Assembly (NCBI GenBank): GCA_030141605.1
Contig: JAQGDQ010000528.1
Coordinates: forward strand, 62,001 to 126,000
Source: Tubiluchus corallicola
Lineage: Eukaryota; Animalia; Priapulida
Direction: 5' to 3'
DNA length: 64,000 nucleotides
Part shown: piece after piece, positions 1 through 43,185 of the stretch
Layout: every line of letters starts with the position of its first letter
Position numbering within the stretch: the first letter of the stretch is position 1
Position numbers and translations under genes: made by a program
The notes under the pieces: model-generated
What the model saw: the letters and a program-made list of their open reading frames with translations, nothing else
Database searches by the model: none
What the model was told of the DNA's origin: nothing

Positions 1-1269
1 CTTAGAATCTTACCTACTATTTAAATAGTACATTGTTAATTAAATAAACTATTATAAATTATTTATATTTTATTTATTTATTTTATCCTATATTTCAGCG
101 CGCAGATGTAGTCTCAAACCATAAAATCGCAATTATGTACTAAAAAGCTAATTATAAAAACCTGAACTTACAATTTACAAAAATTAAGAAAAGAAACTCG
201 TTGAAATACTTACTCAAGTTACATAGATTAAAAGTAGGTTAAATTTCTATTCTATTGGCTAAAATTTTGAAGCATAAAAACATCACTACTGTAAATTGCA
301 TGTTTTAAGAAACCATTAGAAGATTTTAAAACACGACACGACTTTTAAAATTATATGTACATTTAGGCAAAATAACTTTAAAATGAGTAATATCATTTTC
401 GACATTATATGAGTACTATTGATACTCCTGGAATTCGATCAAGCTAAACACTCTTTAATAACTAAACACTGAACACCAACCTAAATAATAAAATTCTTTA
501 ATGCAATTTTTAAAATGAAATAATTTAAATCGTAAGAAATGCTTTTTTAATTCGAGGCAGTTAAGATGAACATTTAATAACAACGTCTTTGCTGCAGGCC
601 TGCATTAAAATCATTCCATTAAAAATCAGTAAGCGTTTTACAAAAACACATAGCACATTAAAAATCTATTTTAGACACGTATGTTGATAAGCAAGTTACA
701 CGTTATTGCCATCAAGGACAACTGCAAGGACACCACTAGCAGTCTAAGGTCAAACACAATCTACTCTTCAAAATATTGAAAGAGAAAACACAATTTTTTC
801 AAAAATGAGTAACGTGAAAGAATTATTACCACACAAACACAATTTCACGTTCGCGCCACCAATTCTTCGCTGTTACATGAATTTCGCTGATTGCTAGTTA
901 GACTGGCACTAGCGCCTGTATTTCGGGAACGGAATACACAAAAACAGGTGCTGTACCTCTCAGTTGAGATGTGTTCATGCTCATGCGGTAAATTTTAAAT
1001 TTGAATTTTTATATTAAGACATGCCTAGTTTTAGTACAACACACTGAATATCTTACAGTAGTACTGTACTTCAATTTTTGCTTTCGCAAACACGTGCTGA
1101 ATATTTTTGCTGTTGAAAATTATGTTAGTTTGTGATGTCATCAATAGTTGGGCTCGCCTGCCGTTAATTAAGTTTTTATTAATCTGTTATTTAATTACCA
1201 GAAACGCTTTTGCAGTCTTGATCGTGTTTAAATGCATACTTTTTATGTGACTTGAAAATGGGGTTGTAT

Positions 1270-1390
1270 GTGAAGAATTGTCCTGTGTTCCTTTATGCAG
1301 AAGTGGCTACCAGTTAATCCAGCAAAAGTGAGAACAAGTGGATATAGAAATAGTTTTATACCGTCAACTGCAGTTCTGTTCAATAGAAAG
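1270..1390 (+). mobile_element. Decayed LINE 3' end remnant
   Basis: Translates PAKVRTSGYRNSFIPSTAVLFN, resembling the RT.R..NSF.P.A..LLN C-terminal motif of non-LTR retrotransposon ORF2. Confidence 0.4.
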
Positions 1391-2384
1391 CTTTTACATT
1401 AATTGATTAATCTTAATTATGAAATGTTTTTGTGTGGAGAACGTATGGTATGTACATTTCAATTTTTATTACAAATTTGCAATTATATATGATTGTACAT
1501 TGTATATGTAATTTTGAAATGTGTGCATTATGTAAATATGCACGTACATATATTGTGTATGTGGTGATTTTTCAAATTAATTTTATTGTAACACTGAAGT
1601 GTATTTTTATGCTTTAAACTTTAATAAATAAATATTAAGTCTACCTTTTTATACTCGTTTTAACTCACATTTCAAGCTGGTACCAACTGTCAGTAATGTG
1701 GATTTTTGTGGGCTAATCTTTAAATATGAAATTCTGCACCACTAGTGGTGCTCTAGCAACGTGAATAGATCTTCCCAAGTTTACAAAGTAAACAGTCGGA
1801 ATCGGCAAGTCGAATAAAATCCATTATTAATTAAGTAAATTAATATAAATTATTTATATTTATTTATTTTAATCTTTATTTCAGCTCGTACTACTGAGCC
1901 TTTCGTATCTACTGTTGTAGCACAAATTATTTAATAATGGACGCCTTGCATCGTCAAGAAATAATTTCTGTGATTGTAAATGAACTACAGCAGTTTTTCA
2001 CAGTTGTCTCTACATGAGAAAGTTGCAGTTACGGAAAGAGGCCGTTCAACACTAGATCATCAAGTATAACTACAACATTAAACTTACACGTGCTTGCTAC
2101 GTTTTACGTATTAAAACAATGGCTAAACACATTCTGAAGCAGCGCCCCCACAAATATTAGCTACGAGCCGCCACTAGACGTAGTGCAATTCGTATGTAGT
2201 GTGCGCTACTATAGGTGCTACCTAAATTCGAGCCTTAATTACAAACATCCAAATTTATGTTAACAGTAAGCGATAAGCATAATCAATTCGCTCGTTAAAT
2301 TATGTTTTAAAAATTTTGTTCTTTTAAGCTCCCATTTTGTCACACGAGTTTTAACAGTTAATTTTTGCAGCTGTTAAATTTTAG

Positions 2385-2538
2385 CTTCAGCGTTTAGCTT
2401 GTCGTGTTAAAAGTACCTAATATTCGCAGTTGTACTTTTTATAAATTTAGACGTAAACTACTTCAGTTAGCTTGCTATGTTAAAAGTATCTAATCTTCGC
2501 AGTTGTACTTTTTGTAAATTTATACGTAGATACTTCAG
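2385..2538. repeat. Tandem duplication of ~75 bp (2 diverged copies)
   Basis: cttcag..ttagcttg..gttaaaagta.ctaat.ttcgcagttgtacttttt.taaattta.acgta occurs twice head-to-tail. Confidence 0.8.
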
Positions 2539-3140
2539 GCGCTAAACAAATGTGTAACGTTCAGTAGATCACTTGAATTACGCAGGAATTTACTTGTTTT
2601 TATTAGTAAATTTCAGATTACAATAGTCTTTATGCAACATATTCTTAATGTTAACATTTCATACATCTTTGTAAATCTTATAGTCTTGATAACAAATAAA
2701 TTATTTTTCTTCTTTTGCGTGTTTCTTGCAGATTTGAGGACGAATCCCTTTCTGTAAAGGAGGGCAGTGTTAAGGGGGGCGAAATGCTATTTATTTTCGA
2801 CCCCCTCTACATTGTGATGAGCTCGTACGTACGAAGCCATTGCATAATACTGTTGAATACCAGGTATAAAACCGTCACTATAGAATTTTCTCGTTGAGTC
2901 AGCAGGTGTTTTTAAGTTTGCATTATTTTTCCTAAGTTCTCATTTTTATTAATAGTATTTTTTGTTGTTTAGTAATTAATATGCTAATTTTACCGTGTTT
3001 TTTGCAATGTGTTGTGTTTATTTGATAATGCTTCTTGTTTTTCATTTATAATAGTACTTTTATTTTTAGTAGTTACTAACTACACTTGGACTGTTATGGA
3101 AATAAAGTTATGTTTTTACATATACAAGTAAAAATGAAAG

Positions 3141-3360
3141 TTCTATTCTATTCTATTCTATTTTATTTTATTCTATTCTATTCTATTCTATTCTATTCTA
3201 TTCTATTCTATTCTATTCTATTCTATTCTATTCTATTCTACTCTACTCTACTCTACTCTACTCTACTCTACTCTACTCTACTCTACTCTACTCTACTCTA
3301 CTCTACTCTACTCTATTCTATTTCATTCCATTCCAGTCTATTCCATTCTATTCTATTCTA
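3141..3360. repeat. Compound pentanucleotide microsatellite (TTCTA/CTCTA/TTCCA)n
   Basis: Direct reading. Confidence 0.97.
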
Positions 3361-3512
3361 TACGCATATTTACACAAAAGATAACACACGAAATTAATTC
3401 GCTAAAATAACTGTTTACTGTAATAAAAACTTACAACGACTAAAAAATTGTCACTTTTTGAAAAATGTGATTTATAAAACCTGACGATGTCACGTGTTCT
3501 TTCGTTCCACAG

Positions 3513-3537
3513 GAAACCACTGCTCAACCAATCGCAG
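3513..3537 (+). other. Candidate 5'-UTR micro-exon of the glycosyltransferase gene
   Basis: ttctttcgttccacag|25 nt|gtaatg; a second candidate exon lies at 2732-2863 (tttcttgcag|...cag|gtataa) and an acceptor tttgctttag at ~4885 precedes the ATG. Confidence 0.3.
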
Positions 3538-4918
3538 GTAATGTTATGGGCTTCCTAGTTTAAAGTGGAGGTCATAACTTTACCAGTAGGTTGGTTGGCC
3601 TGGTGCTTATGAATAGCACTATGCAATGCACTTTCACCTACTCAGCTCAATATATATATATTTTTTTTTTCTATTCTTTTAAACAATTTTTTTAAACTTA
3701 AAATTGCCGAGTTGGTGTAAATCATTGTCAGTGCTTTGCATTTTTATTTTTGCAAGCACGTGAAACAGTTGTGCCACTACAAAATTGGGTTCAGTTGTGA
3801 TTTCACGAATGTGATCAAAAGGCACCGCTGCCAGTCTTAGTAGATTCATTGAGCGGCGCATAGCTTTGAAAGTTTAACGAAATTGAAGTATCCGAGGTAA
3901 CTATTATTTGATCAAAGCTTTGATATAGAAATAAGCTATTGTAGTTTTCAATATTTTAGAGCATTCTTTATTCTGAACTCGTGTTTAAACAATCATCCGA
4001 TTTTCCTTTAAGCAATTATTTAGTTGTTGGAAGCACTTTAGCGCACATAATGTATACTTTTACCCTACTTCAAAACAGGACGACACGTGAAACATCATTA
4101 ACTTTTCCTTCAATGGTAAATCCGTCTGGTGCAAATTGTAGTAATTCCACACAAGCGCGAGTTGAAAGGTTAAAATGATAACCACATTTAATAGTAAAAA
4201 GATGCACGAAAAGAACTCATCAATCAAAAATTATACAATATTTGTTCATGTAGGCCTACAATATTCATTTAATAAATAATGTTAGGGTAATGTAGGCCTA
4301 TTAAGCAATTATACCTGGTTATGGGTCACCTCAGTGACACAACTTAAACCTGACCCAGCCTAGCTTAAAATGCAATGTTGACTTTAACGGGCGAATTTTT
4401 TGCAGAACATATTAGCGTTAAACTTAATAAACTGGGTACCTGATCTCGCTACATGACACGCTAATATCGCTAAACAGAAAAATTGTTCGGGTCTAACCTT
4501 GGGAGGTTGATAAATTTCTTTGAATTGAACTGGAACTGATGGACTCCATCTATTGGTTGTCAGGCACATCAACAAGCAAATGCTTGGCTTTGTCTGTACC
4601 TCATGTAATTATGGTAACGTAGAGACAAGCTGTTAGCAGTGTACACTTGTATAGATGATTGCAAATTACTAATGAACGATGACAAAGCCGAATTAATGAT
4701 TTTACGGCCACACATTATACGTGCAAACGTATATTATATGTGATTACGTACATAGCCTCCAAATATCCTTCGATGTGAATTGTTGTCATATATATCACAT
4801 AATAATTAGTTGATGCGGTGGAATTATTAACATGGTTTTTATGATTTGGATAAAACAAGCTAAAACTGATAGTCATTTGCTTTAGCAACATACTCAGCTC
4901 ACAAGCTCACCTAAAGTG

Positions 4919-5944
4919 ATGGCAGCGTGGCATAAATTTGCAACTAAAAAAGTATTTCTTTATTGTTTCTTTGCATTATGCGCAGCTGGACTATTTTTAA
5001 CAAAAAGATTTTCAAGCAATACGAAGTATTCGATTTCTAAAATTCTCAGGTTTAAAATGCTTACTATGGCTAACATGGGCGAGGCATTTCGTCTTGAAAT
5101 TGCCGTACTTGCCTATGACAGGCCAGAATCATTGCAGAGACTATTGCACTCATTGCTTGTTGCAAAATACAATGAAGATGTAGTGTCACTGAAGATATGT
5201 GTTGATAGAGGAACGTCTGATTTTGTGGCTAATTCGTTTGAATGGCCCTATGGGCGTAAAATAGTGCAAGTTCATGAGAAACACGTAGGACCTTATATTC
5301 AGTGGTACGATTGCTGGAAACCAACAGGACACCCAGGAGATTATGGAATAATAGTAGAAGATGACTTAGAACTGTCGCCTTATTTTTATAGGTGGCTAAA
5401 GGCTGCTCTATTGTTTTACCAAAACAATCCAGAAATTGGAGCCGTGTCACTAGAGAAGAAAACTCTCGTGGCGAGAACAAAAAATGGACGTAAAGTGACT
5501 GGAAATCCCCTTTGCGCCAAGTGCAAAGATCCTGTCTTTCTCTACCGTCTGACAGGACCATGGGGTTATGCACCTCTACCACAGGTGTGGATCAAATTTC
5601 GCGAATGGGTTTTAAAAACTCTGCGAAATGAATCATTTATACCGTATATTCAAGGAGAAAAAGATCTGATCACTAATACGTGGGTCAGAAAACTACATCC
5701 AAGAAGTTTTCCACAGTCCTATTATCTTTATTTTAACAACGCTCATCTACTCTACACTGTTTACAGTAATATAGTGGAGGATAAAACACTGGCATGTAAT
5801 AGACGGGAACCTGGAATGCATTACACTGGGAGAGGTCCCAAAGCTCACACGTGCGAGTTTGCACCGTTAGACACCTGGAACGACAGTTTTATCAAGTTTC
5901 CAAAGAAACCAGTAAAACTGAATTGGGATGCTGAGATGGAGTGA
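4919..5944 (+). CDS. GT-A fold (GT2-like) glycosyltransferase, type II membrane protein, single coding exon
   Basis: 341-aa ORF from ATG 4919; N-terminal anchor KKVFLYCFFALCAAGLFLTKR; AYDRPESLQRLLHSL nucleotide-sugar binding motif; IIVEDDLELSPYFY DXD-type motif; GPWG motif. Confidence 0.88.
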   Translation: MAAWHKFATKKVFLYCFFALCAAGLFLTKRFSSNTKYSISKILRFKMLTMANMGEAFRLEIAVLAYDRPESLQRLLHSLLVAKYNEDVVSLKICVDRGTSDFVANSFEWPYGRKIVQVHEKHVGPYIQWYDCWKPTGHPGDYGIIVEDDLELSPYFYRWLKAALLFYQNNPEIGAVSLEKKTLVARTKNGRKVTGNPLCAKCKDPVFLYRLTGPWGYAPLPQVWIKFREWVLKTLRNESFIPYIQGEKDLITNTWVRKLHPRSFPQSYYLYFNNAHLLYTVYSNIVEDKTLACNRREPGMHYTGRGPKAHTCEFAPLDTWNDSFIKFPKKPVKLNWDAEME

Positions 5945-6271
5945 TTGTGATTCATTTTATTTGAATATCAGAATTGAACGTTTAGGGACCCTTTACTCTA
6001 TATAATAATAATGCAGCGATGTGTGAAATTTTCTTATAATCTGAAAGGGTGGATGAGTTTGGTGACCAACTGGTCCTTTGCGACCCTTGCACCTGCACCC
6101 CTGACACTTTCTTTTATGCGTGTTTTCATCACAATATCACATATTGTTTAACCTGTAATTCTGATATTAATTAGGAGATAAATCGAAAACGCCTAATGTC
6201 TGTGTTTATGTCTATGACTGTGCTGCAATTCAATTTTTTACAGTGTCTTCTTTCACAGTTCGCGAGAAAGA

Positions 6272-6462
6272 ATATTATACTCCTACTGCATTAGAGAATT
6301 GCACTCAACCTGCGTATGGGCATTATGCTCATCTTGCATTAGAGCATTATACTCATCCTGTATTGCACTGTAGAGCATTATGCTCAAATGCATTATAGAA
6401 TTATACTAATCCCGCATAGAGCATTATGCTCATCCTGCATTAATTAGAGCATTATGCATTAG
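6272..6462. repeat. Degenerate ~25-bp tandem repeat (agagcattatgctcatcctgcatt-like)
   Basis: About 7 imperfect copies. Confidence 0.7.
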
Positions 6463-6719
6463 TCTTCTAAAAGAACCTTTTCATAAGAATTAATTGCTAG
6501 TTGTAAATGTACAAACTGAAAAAGATGCTAACCTGTGTAGTTATAATTTGTACATTTGCCAATTAGGCAGTGCCATGGCAGTGTGTCTGATCAGAAACTG
6601 AAGATTTTGCAAATTGTGGTCACGGTCACCTGACAGTCTCACGTTGTTTAGTTTTGCTGTTAATAACTTTACCTCTCTCCCTATAATATTTCACACCATA
6701 TTCCTACCTCCATGGTTCG

Positions 6720-6950
6720 TCACTCACTCGCCCACTCACTCACTCACTCACTCACTCACTCACTCACTCACTCACTCACTCACTCACTCACTCACTCACT
6801 CACTCACTCACTCACTCATTCACTCACTCACTCACTCACTCACTCACTCACTCACTCACTCGCCCACTCACTCACTCACTCACTCACTCACTCACTCACT
6901 CACTCACTCACTCACTCACTCACTCACTCACTCACTCACTCACTCACTCA
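6720..6950. repeat. (CACT)n microsatellite
   Basis: Direct reading. Confidence 0.97.
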
Positions 6951-7378
6951 CCCACGACTAGGCAACAAACATCACGTAAATGAATTTTTGTCAACATTCC
7001 GTGTTAAAACATTGTTCTTAAACTTAAAGTTTATATACAAAGCCATTTTAGACACATCTTCTCATCATTTAGCAAGATGATATTAAATTCGCATCAAAAT
7101 CTGGCAACAGTAGAATTGTAGCAATCGCTAGACCTGCTTGTCACTCAAAATGGATAGCTGAACAACACAGCGATTGTAGAATGGCTTTAGCTGGATCATA
7201 GCACATGTAAACTGGACATAAGGTTGTGTGTACGTTCTCACGGAATGAGATATAAGTTGCAAACGTTCAATCTTTATGTTCAGGCTGTAACCAAGGATAC
7301 ATCGTTAACAACCAGCCTCGTTTTGCTAAAGACAACAAATGAAAATTTGTTTACAAAATACTTATATTGTAAATATTA

Positions 7379-7531
7379 CACTCACTCACGCACACACGCG
7401 CTCACACGCACGCACACACACACACACACGCACGCACACTCACACACACACACGCACACACACACACACGCACGCACACAAGCGCACGCACACTCACACG
7501 CACGCACGCGTGCACGCACGCACACACGCAC
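7379..7531. repeat. (CA)n/(CACG)n microsatellite
   Basis: Direct reading. Confidence 0.93.
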
Positions 7532-7679
7532 AGTTAATATTATACATTAAATGATAGACAATATAAGGGTAAAATACGAGTATTATTTGGTAAATTAATA
7601 TCACTTAAAATCAATCATAGTTTAAGTGATTGTCAGAAAAGTAAATAAACTTCTGTGAAGTAATTAACAACAACTGAAT

Positions 7680-7845
7680 GGTGACGCCACCTGTAGCAGT
7701 TAATAATAGTAACTACATGATCGTGTTATCTGTAGCAGTTAATTAGTGGTAATTATCTGCTGGTGCCATCTGTACCAATTATGAATAATTAGTGACTGGT
7801 GATGCTATCTGTAGCAGTTATCAGCTCCTGGTGCCATCTGTAGCA
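7680..7845. repeat. Degenerate minisatellite (ggtgccatctgtagcagtta-like)
   Basis: About 5 imperfect, irregularly spaced copies. Confidence 0.6.
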
Positions 7846-8149
7846 TTGTGTAATAAACAAATTCGTGGCAAGTGGAATTTTTAGAAAATTACTCGTATGC
7901 AATAGGTTGATATTTTAAAAAGATTTTACTAATTGTAAGAATTTCACTAATTGGGTTTTGGATTCATACAGATTTTCTGAGCCCTAAACCCGCTAAAAAG
8001 AATTAAGATGGTAATAAATTATTATGATTATTGGAGAGTCTCGGAAACGATGGCGATAACAAGAATAATGAATTAATGTAGAAATTTAGTAGAAAGTATG
8101 ATATTCCTAATTAAAGTGTTATTAGGACATTTCGCAAAATCAACGGTTA

Positions 8150-8258
8150 GGGAGATTGTGAGTTCGATGCTGCGACTGGGTCTTCTAAAAATACTAAGAT
8201 TCTAAAAAAAGTTCCTGCTGTTGCTCTGCCTGCCGCCTGGCTTTTATTGTAAAAGCGA
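8150..8258 (+). mobile_element. Degenerate tRNA-derived SINE fragment
   Basis: B-box-like gagttcgatgc followed by gggtc...aaaaagttcctgctgtt.ctctgc, similar to the reverse complement of 43100-43180. Confidence 0.35.
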
Positions 8259-8360
8259 GTAACAACAGTCTCTGTTGTTATAGAATTGTTATTTGCAGCT
8301 GGCAGAAAGCTTTTTGAACTTATGTTATATGTTCATACAAAAGCCGATTTTATAGAAAGA

Positions 8361-8368
8361 TTATTATT

Positions 8369-8416
<48 letters not shown>

Positions 8417-8477
8417 CTTCTTCTTCTTCTTCTTCTTCTTCTTATTATTATTATATATTATTATTATTATATTATTA
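8361..8477. repeat. Compound trinucleotide microsatellite (TTA)(TTG)(TTC)(TTA)
   Basis: Direct reading. Confidence 0.95.
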
Positions 8478-10240
8478 CAACTATGCCTTCTGTGTGTAAA
8501 TTCCACGTGATGTAACATTGTAACTGCAGAAAAATTGTAAAAAGCAAATTGCGATGAGATGACGTAAGAATGACCGCTTGACTAACGTCGCGTTCATACT
8601 TGCAAGTTTTCTGTTGCGAGTTTTTTCTCTGACAACAAACTCGCATGTGTGAACTGTTTTGCGAGTTACTATCTGCAAGAAATTGCACACTTTCTGACAG
8701 CAATTGAACACCATTGCGAGTTACTTTGCAAGAAAATTCGCTACTGTGAATGCTTCGTAAAGTACGTTATTTTTGTTGGAATCTGGATTAATACAATGTA
8801 TGTATGATTCAAGGCTACAGTTCCAACGAGTTCAGCATTCTTGCAGATTGCATATGATACGAAAGACCTTGATCTAGTGTCGCCTCATTGATGGTTTGTT
8901 TTTCGAATCGACGCCACCGGGAGGAATGGCGGTGGTGAATGGACGTAACCACTTTACAGGGGGATGAGTTGCTCCTAATAAATCTCGATAATCATTTATC
9001 TTTTAGTAGAAAAGTGTAAGTAGACTTGGCTGTTTGTGCTTTTATCTGTAAAATTTGTATCTGTGCTGTATAAACGTCTTATTCTGGTCTTATATTTTAT
9101 GCTTTCTTGAAAATACTTAATATTTTTGTAAAGATTAAGCATTAAACAAACCAAAATTTGTTTCCACGGAGTGATACATTTTCAGGTTAAAAATTTATTT
9201 TCAGTCTGTTTAGAAACAAGATCACAATTGTTTGTTTATGTTATATAAATTGTAACTGCAATATGCATAACGACACCTGTTTATTGGAAGGTGCTGCCCT
9301 CTACGAGTGAGGAGGAAAGGACAGGAGGAGAACAATGATGGTCGCGTTTTTATTCCCAGCAATGTTTTTGTCGTTATTGTGTTATAGTTAATAACAGCGT
9401 TTAGTTATAACCAAATTTTGTACCTTGAGAAATTTTAAATCTTGACGAAGAGCCAACGATGCAAGTTACATGAATTTAAATAATTTAATTAAGTTATGAA
9501 TTCAATCTCTGAAATTTGAGAAAGTACTTTCCCAATAAGTTGACTTCTCTGTAATTACTAAGCTTCTGTTTATCATTTTATTCATTTTCTTACTTGTTAA
9601 TGTTCTCTTTATTATTCTCTTTAGAATAAACGACTTTGGAACTTGAATCAAATAGTGAAGGCTTTCTGTACATAACATAAATTATAGCTGTTGCTCTTGT
9701 GTGTACTTGCAAGATGAGCATTTTCGTAAATGAGCAATGATTTGTGTACAGAATATCTAAACAGCTGTGGCAGCAAACACTTTACAATAAGTTTGACAAA
9801 AAAGTAAAATGTCTTCATTTTCTAATTATGTAAATTGAATTTTGCCTAATTGTAATAAGAGATGTCGTAAATATTTAGCTGGGGGTCCTATATTGCTCTT
9901 GTAAAAATTTACTATGAAGCATCTCGGGCGGGCGTCATTCTCTTAACTGATGTAGAAAGGCAACCAACTAGGAGAACTAAACAAAACGGAAAAAAGAAAA
10001 TTGTTTCATCAGATGCTGTAGGCCTACAAAGTGCAGGTCTACAATAGAAAAGAGTAATAATAAAATTGATCCTTATGCACGGAAAACAATACTAAACTCA
10101 GAATAAGTGATTCACAAAACGCTCTTGACAACGGAGACTAATTATTGTGCATTACAGTGTGCTACAATTTTGTGTGTGAATGCGATTTGATTTGCTTTGA
10201 TGTAATTTTAGTATCATACACTGAGGAGTAAAAGCAGCAA

Positions 10241-10832
<592 letters not shown>

Positions 10833-10990
10833 ACTAACTTTAAACAATAACCTGTTATAACATGTATTTTAGCTTTGGCACACAGTACATTGCACAGTGC
10901 GCACATACGACAAATTGCACATTTTTAAAGTTCGAAACTTGTTTTAGTTTTGAAAGTTATAACAACAACGAAGACATTGGGAAATTTTAA

Positions 10991-10996
10991 TTTATT
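10991..10996 (-). terminator. Candidate polyadenylation signal AATAAA of gene A
   Basis: tttatt on + strand about 200 nt downstream of the gene A stop codon. Confidence 0.4.
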
Positions 10997-11196
10997 TTGA
11001 TTTCTAGATTTTTTATATCTAGATGCTTGCTTGTAATGCTTGTTGTTACTTCACAATTTCTGGGGACTTTCAACTTTAGTTCACAGCTGCTTCACTTGAA
11101 ACTAGTAATGATTATCAATAAAGCATCTAATTATGATTCTTCAGTGTCTTCTTCTTATTCTACAGTGTCTTCTTCTTGTTCTTCTGCGTCTTCTTC

Positions 11197-39805
<28,609 letters not shown>

Positions 39806-40379
39806 GTCTTGAGGAAAACGAACGTCTAAACGTAGTGCAACGTAAAGTAATAGCAACAATTGCATGTATGTGAAACGTTCTACCAATTAACTACAATTGA
39901 GGCAATGATTACGTCACGATTTAGAACTTGCAATGAAATGGAATTATATCTCGTAATAATGATTGCGTATATTTTGCCAAACTACTCGCCAAGATGCTTA
40001 TAAGGCTAATTAAATAGAATTTAAAACAAGTTCCATACTGCAGGCATAAGCAAAGATAAGACTCTGTAGTGACAAAAATCACCAAAAAAAAAGAACGATT
40101 ATTTGAAAATTTGAGGGTTATGAACTATTTCCACTCAACCGTTCGATTCTTAAATCTAAGCTCTTTTACTGCAGCATGTGGGTAGGTTTGTATGTATTCA
40201 CAAATCAATTGAATTTACTGTTACAAATAAAAACAGTATTTATTGTGAGAAAATGAGACACAGCCTCATTATAGTAAAATTACTTGTAACTGTTAGTAAA
40301 ACTCAGGTTTTGTACATATTCATTGTGAGAAAAATGCCAAATAACAAAGCTTCAATAATTTTTAGTCTAATTTACTGAC

Positions 40380-41850
40380 ACCTAAATCATTTAATAAACC
40401 ACTTTAACGAAGAATTGTTTAAACTACTTAAATAAAAAAACTTAACTGGTAAAACAGTTAATATATGTGGCAATATAAATATAAACTTGCTCCAATACAG
40501 TGAAAATGCATCTATTCCAACTATCTCAACATGCTATATGAAAACAGCGTTTTTCTGCTGTTACACAAAATATACGGACGATCACCAACTCAAAAGCTCT
40601 CATCGACCACATAGATACTAATAATACGCAACATCCACTCGTTACAAGATTGTCACATGTGAAGTAGCAAACCACTTACCAATTTTTACAGTAAGTAAAT
40701 CATCGTTAATTTAAAAAAGCACCAAAAATCTAGTCATCAGGGACAGTAAACACTTCAATTCCGGGCATCTCCTTACTGCTCTGAAAGAAGCATTGTTCAG
40801 TGTTCCCAATTCTAAAACTTACGACATCAACATTACATTCAAATTTGCCAACGACGCTTTCACTCCTACGTTGCATCATCATCGCACGTTAAGAAGAAGA
40901 GAGTCGAGGACATTTCGCAAACCATGGATCACTCCTGGTATTTCAAAATTAATTCAAACAAGAAGTGTTGATATTAAACACAAAATATCTATAACTCCAT
41001 TTACAAAATCAACTACTACAAAACGAACAAGCTCAATCATGGTAAGTCCTCATCAAGAAAGAATTACTATAATAACTTATTTCACCTTTACAAAAACAAC
41101 CTGACAAAAACATGGAGAACTCTTACCGGCATTTTGAAAGTAAAAGATAAAAAATATGCCATTCCGTCAGTGCTTGAAGTGAATGGCAAAATCTATACTG
41201 ACTCTACGTCAATTACAAATTGGTTTAATCAGTTGGCTTCAATATAGCTAAAATCATACATCTGCTTGTACTGATTTTAAAAGTTACTTACCGGTTCCAA
41301 ATTGCAATTCAGTCTTTCCTAATCCCGTAATTCTTGAAGAAAGTAAAAGTACTTTAGCTAAACCCAGTACTAATAAATCCCCTGTAACCGATGATATTCC
41401 AATCAAATATTTTTCAAACCAACATCCGAAGTAATTGCGCCACTCCTAGTTTAATTGATAAAAAATGCTTAAGTCGCGAACTCTTTCCTAACTGCGTAAA
41501 AATAGCCAAATTCACTGTCATTTACAAATCTGATTCTTCACTAAACTTATCCAATCTTCAACCAATTTCAAATCCATCCTTAAAACTTTTTGAAAAGGCT
41601 TTGTGTCAGCGCTTAAATAACTTCTACCACTTCTACACAAGCAATATTTTATAAAAATTTTGATTTGAAATTGAAATTCATTCTCTATAGCCCTAGCTAT
41701 AACCGAATTTATAGAAAAGTGACAGCTCTGTCTGGACAAAAACTCTGTTACATGTGCAATGTTTCAAGATCTGTTGAAACGTTCGCCACAATCCAGCACT
41801 ATATCTTACTTCATAAACTAGAAAACTATGACATATGAGGTGCAGTCTTA
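40380..41850 (+). mobile_element. Decayed LINE ORF2 (AP endonuclease end + N-terminal RT), CR1/L2-group-like
   Basis: Frameshifted fragments ICGNININLL, LIDHI, NHLPIF, KPWITPGI, KTWRTL, FPNCVKIAK..IYK, LKLFEKALCQRL, ILLHKLENY. Confidence 0.8.
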
Positions 41851-41929
41851 AATCTCATCAAATGATCCCTGGACAATTGTCAAACCATGTAAAAAAATTG
41901 CGCATAACACACAATGACAAACCATACTT

Positions 41930-42240
41930 CATTCACCACATCAGACCACCCACACCACCTCACTCACAACTCCCCACATTCACCATGCTGCACGAACACC
42001 ACACTGCCCTACACCACACTACATGACCCACATCGTACCACTCCGCGACCTTACCCACGTCATCCTCTCCACAAAACACCACGATACCCACATTGCACTA
42101 CGCTACCCCAACATGCCAACCACACCACACCAACCACACCACACCCACCACATCACACCCACCGCATCACACCATTCACAGCACACTCACTGCACCCACT
42201 ATGCCACACCATCCGCAGCATACTCATTACACCCACACCC
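41930..42240. repeat. Degenerate CA/CACCA-rich low-complexity tract
   Basis: Strong C/A bias with imperfect short periodicity. Confidence 0.7.
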
Positions 42241-42771
42241 GTAATCTATAACACTGCAGAACGGCGGGTGACAACAATGCTTAGAACAGCTGCAAAATTC
42301 CTCAAACTCAAAGACAATGTTTTTCCTCAAGTTCTCAACAGTGAACAGCACTGGCCACTGGGTGGTTTGGCAAGAACTTCAAAATTCATCACTCCCATTT
42401 CATCTCTCTCAAGGAAACCTTCAAAGCCTTATAGACCGTTTCATCTTCTCTCTGTGAGTGTGCTTATTTATTCTCAATATGCCCAAAGAATTGCTCAAAT
42501 CGAGTTTTCTGGAGTTTTTGTAATTTTTCACAAAATTTGGACGCATGGTCCTGGGAAAACGGCCATTGTGGGAAACTGTGACCTTTTCTCTAATACACTT
42601 ACTGCAGACAGTGTTGAACGCGCCAAGCGAATTATTAAGAATGGAACTGTAATGCTTCAGAAGTTGGTTGGTGTTGTAAACTGCTGCTATTGTTTGTGAT
42701 TAAATAGTTCATTACTGGCTGCTCTGTTTTGTGGAGTTTTCGTAGGGAATGTTGTTTTATCAAGAAGCTAT

Positions 42772-42986
<215 letters not shown>

Positions 42987-43084
42987 CTTTATTTAAATTC
43001 GGCTTTTTGGATCAACAATTAACATGAGATCCGAAGATCTTCTGGACCGACCATAAACAGAGCATAAACGACCTATATAACAGA

Positions 43085-43185
43085 GACTACCCCACTTTTA
43101 CCCTAAATACAGCGCGTCACGCAGGGAACAGCAGGTACCATTTTTAAAGTCTTTGGTATGACCCGGCTGCTGTATCGAACTTCCT
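43085..43185 (-). mobile_element. tRNA-derived SINE fragment
   Basis: Minus strand gttcgat...ccgggtcataccaaagactttaaaaatggtacctgctgttccctgc: a B-box followed by a core I recall from metazoan SINEs (not database-checked). Confidence 0.5.

Noticed and set aside
5229-5582. 117-aa minus-strand ORF
   Set aside because: Antisense to the glycosyltransferase CDS, non-ATG start, no motif
41914-42699. 261-aa ORF
   Set aside because: First half is a CA-rich low-complexity tract; second half shows no motif I can recognise
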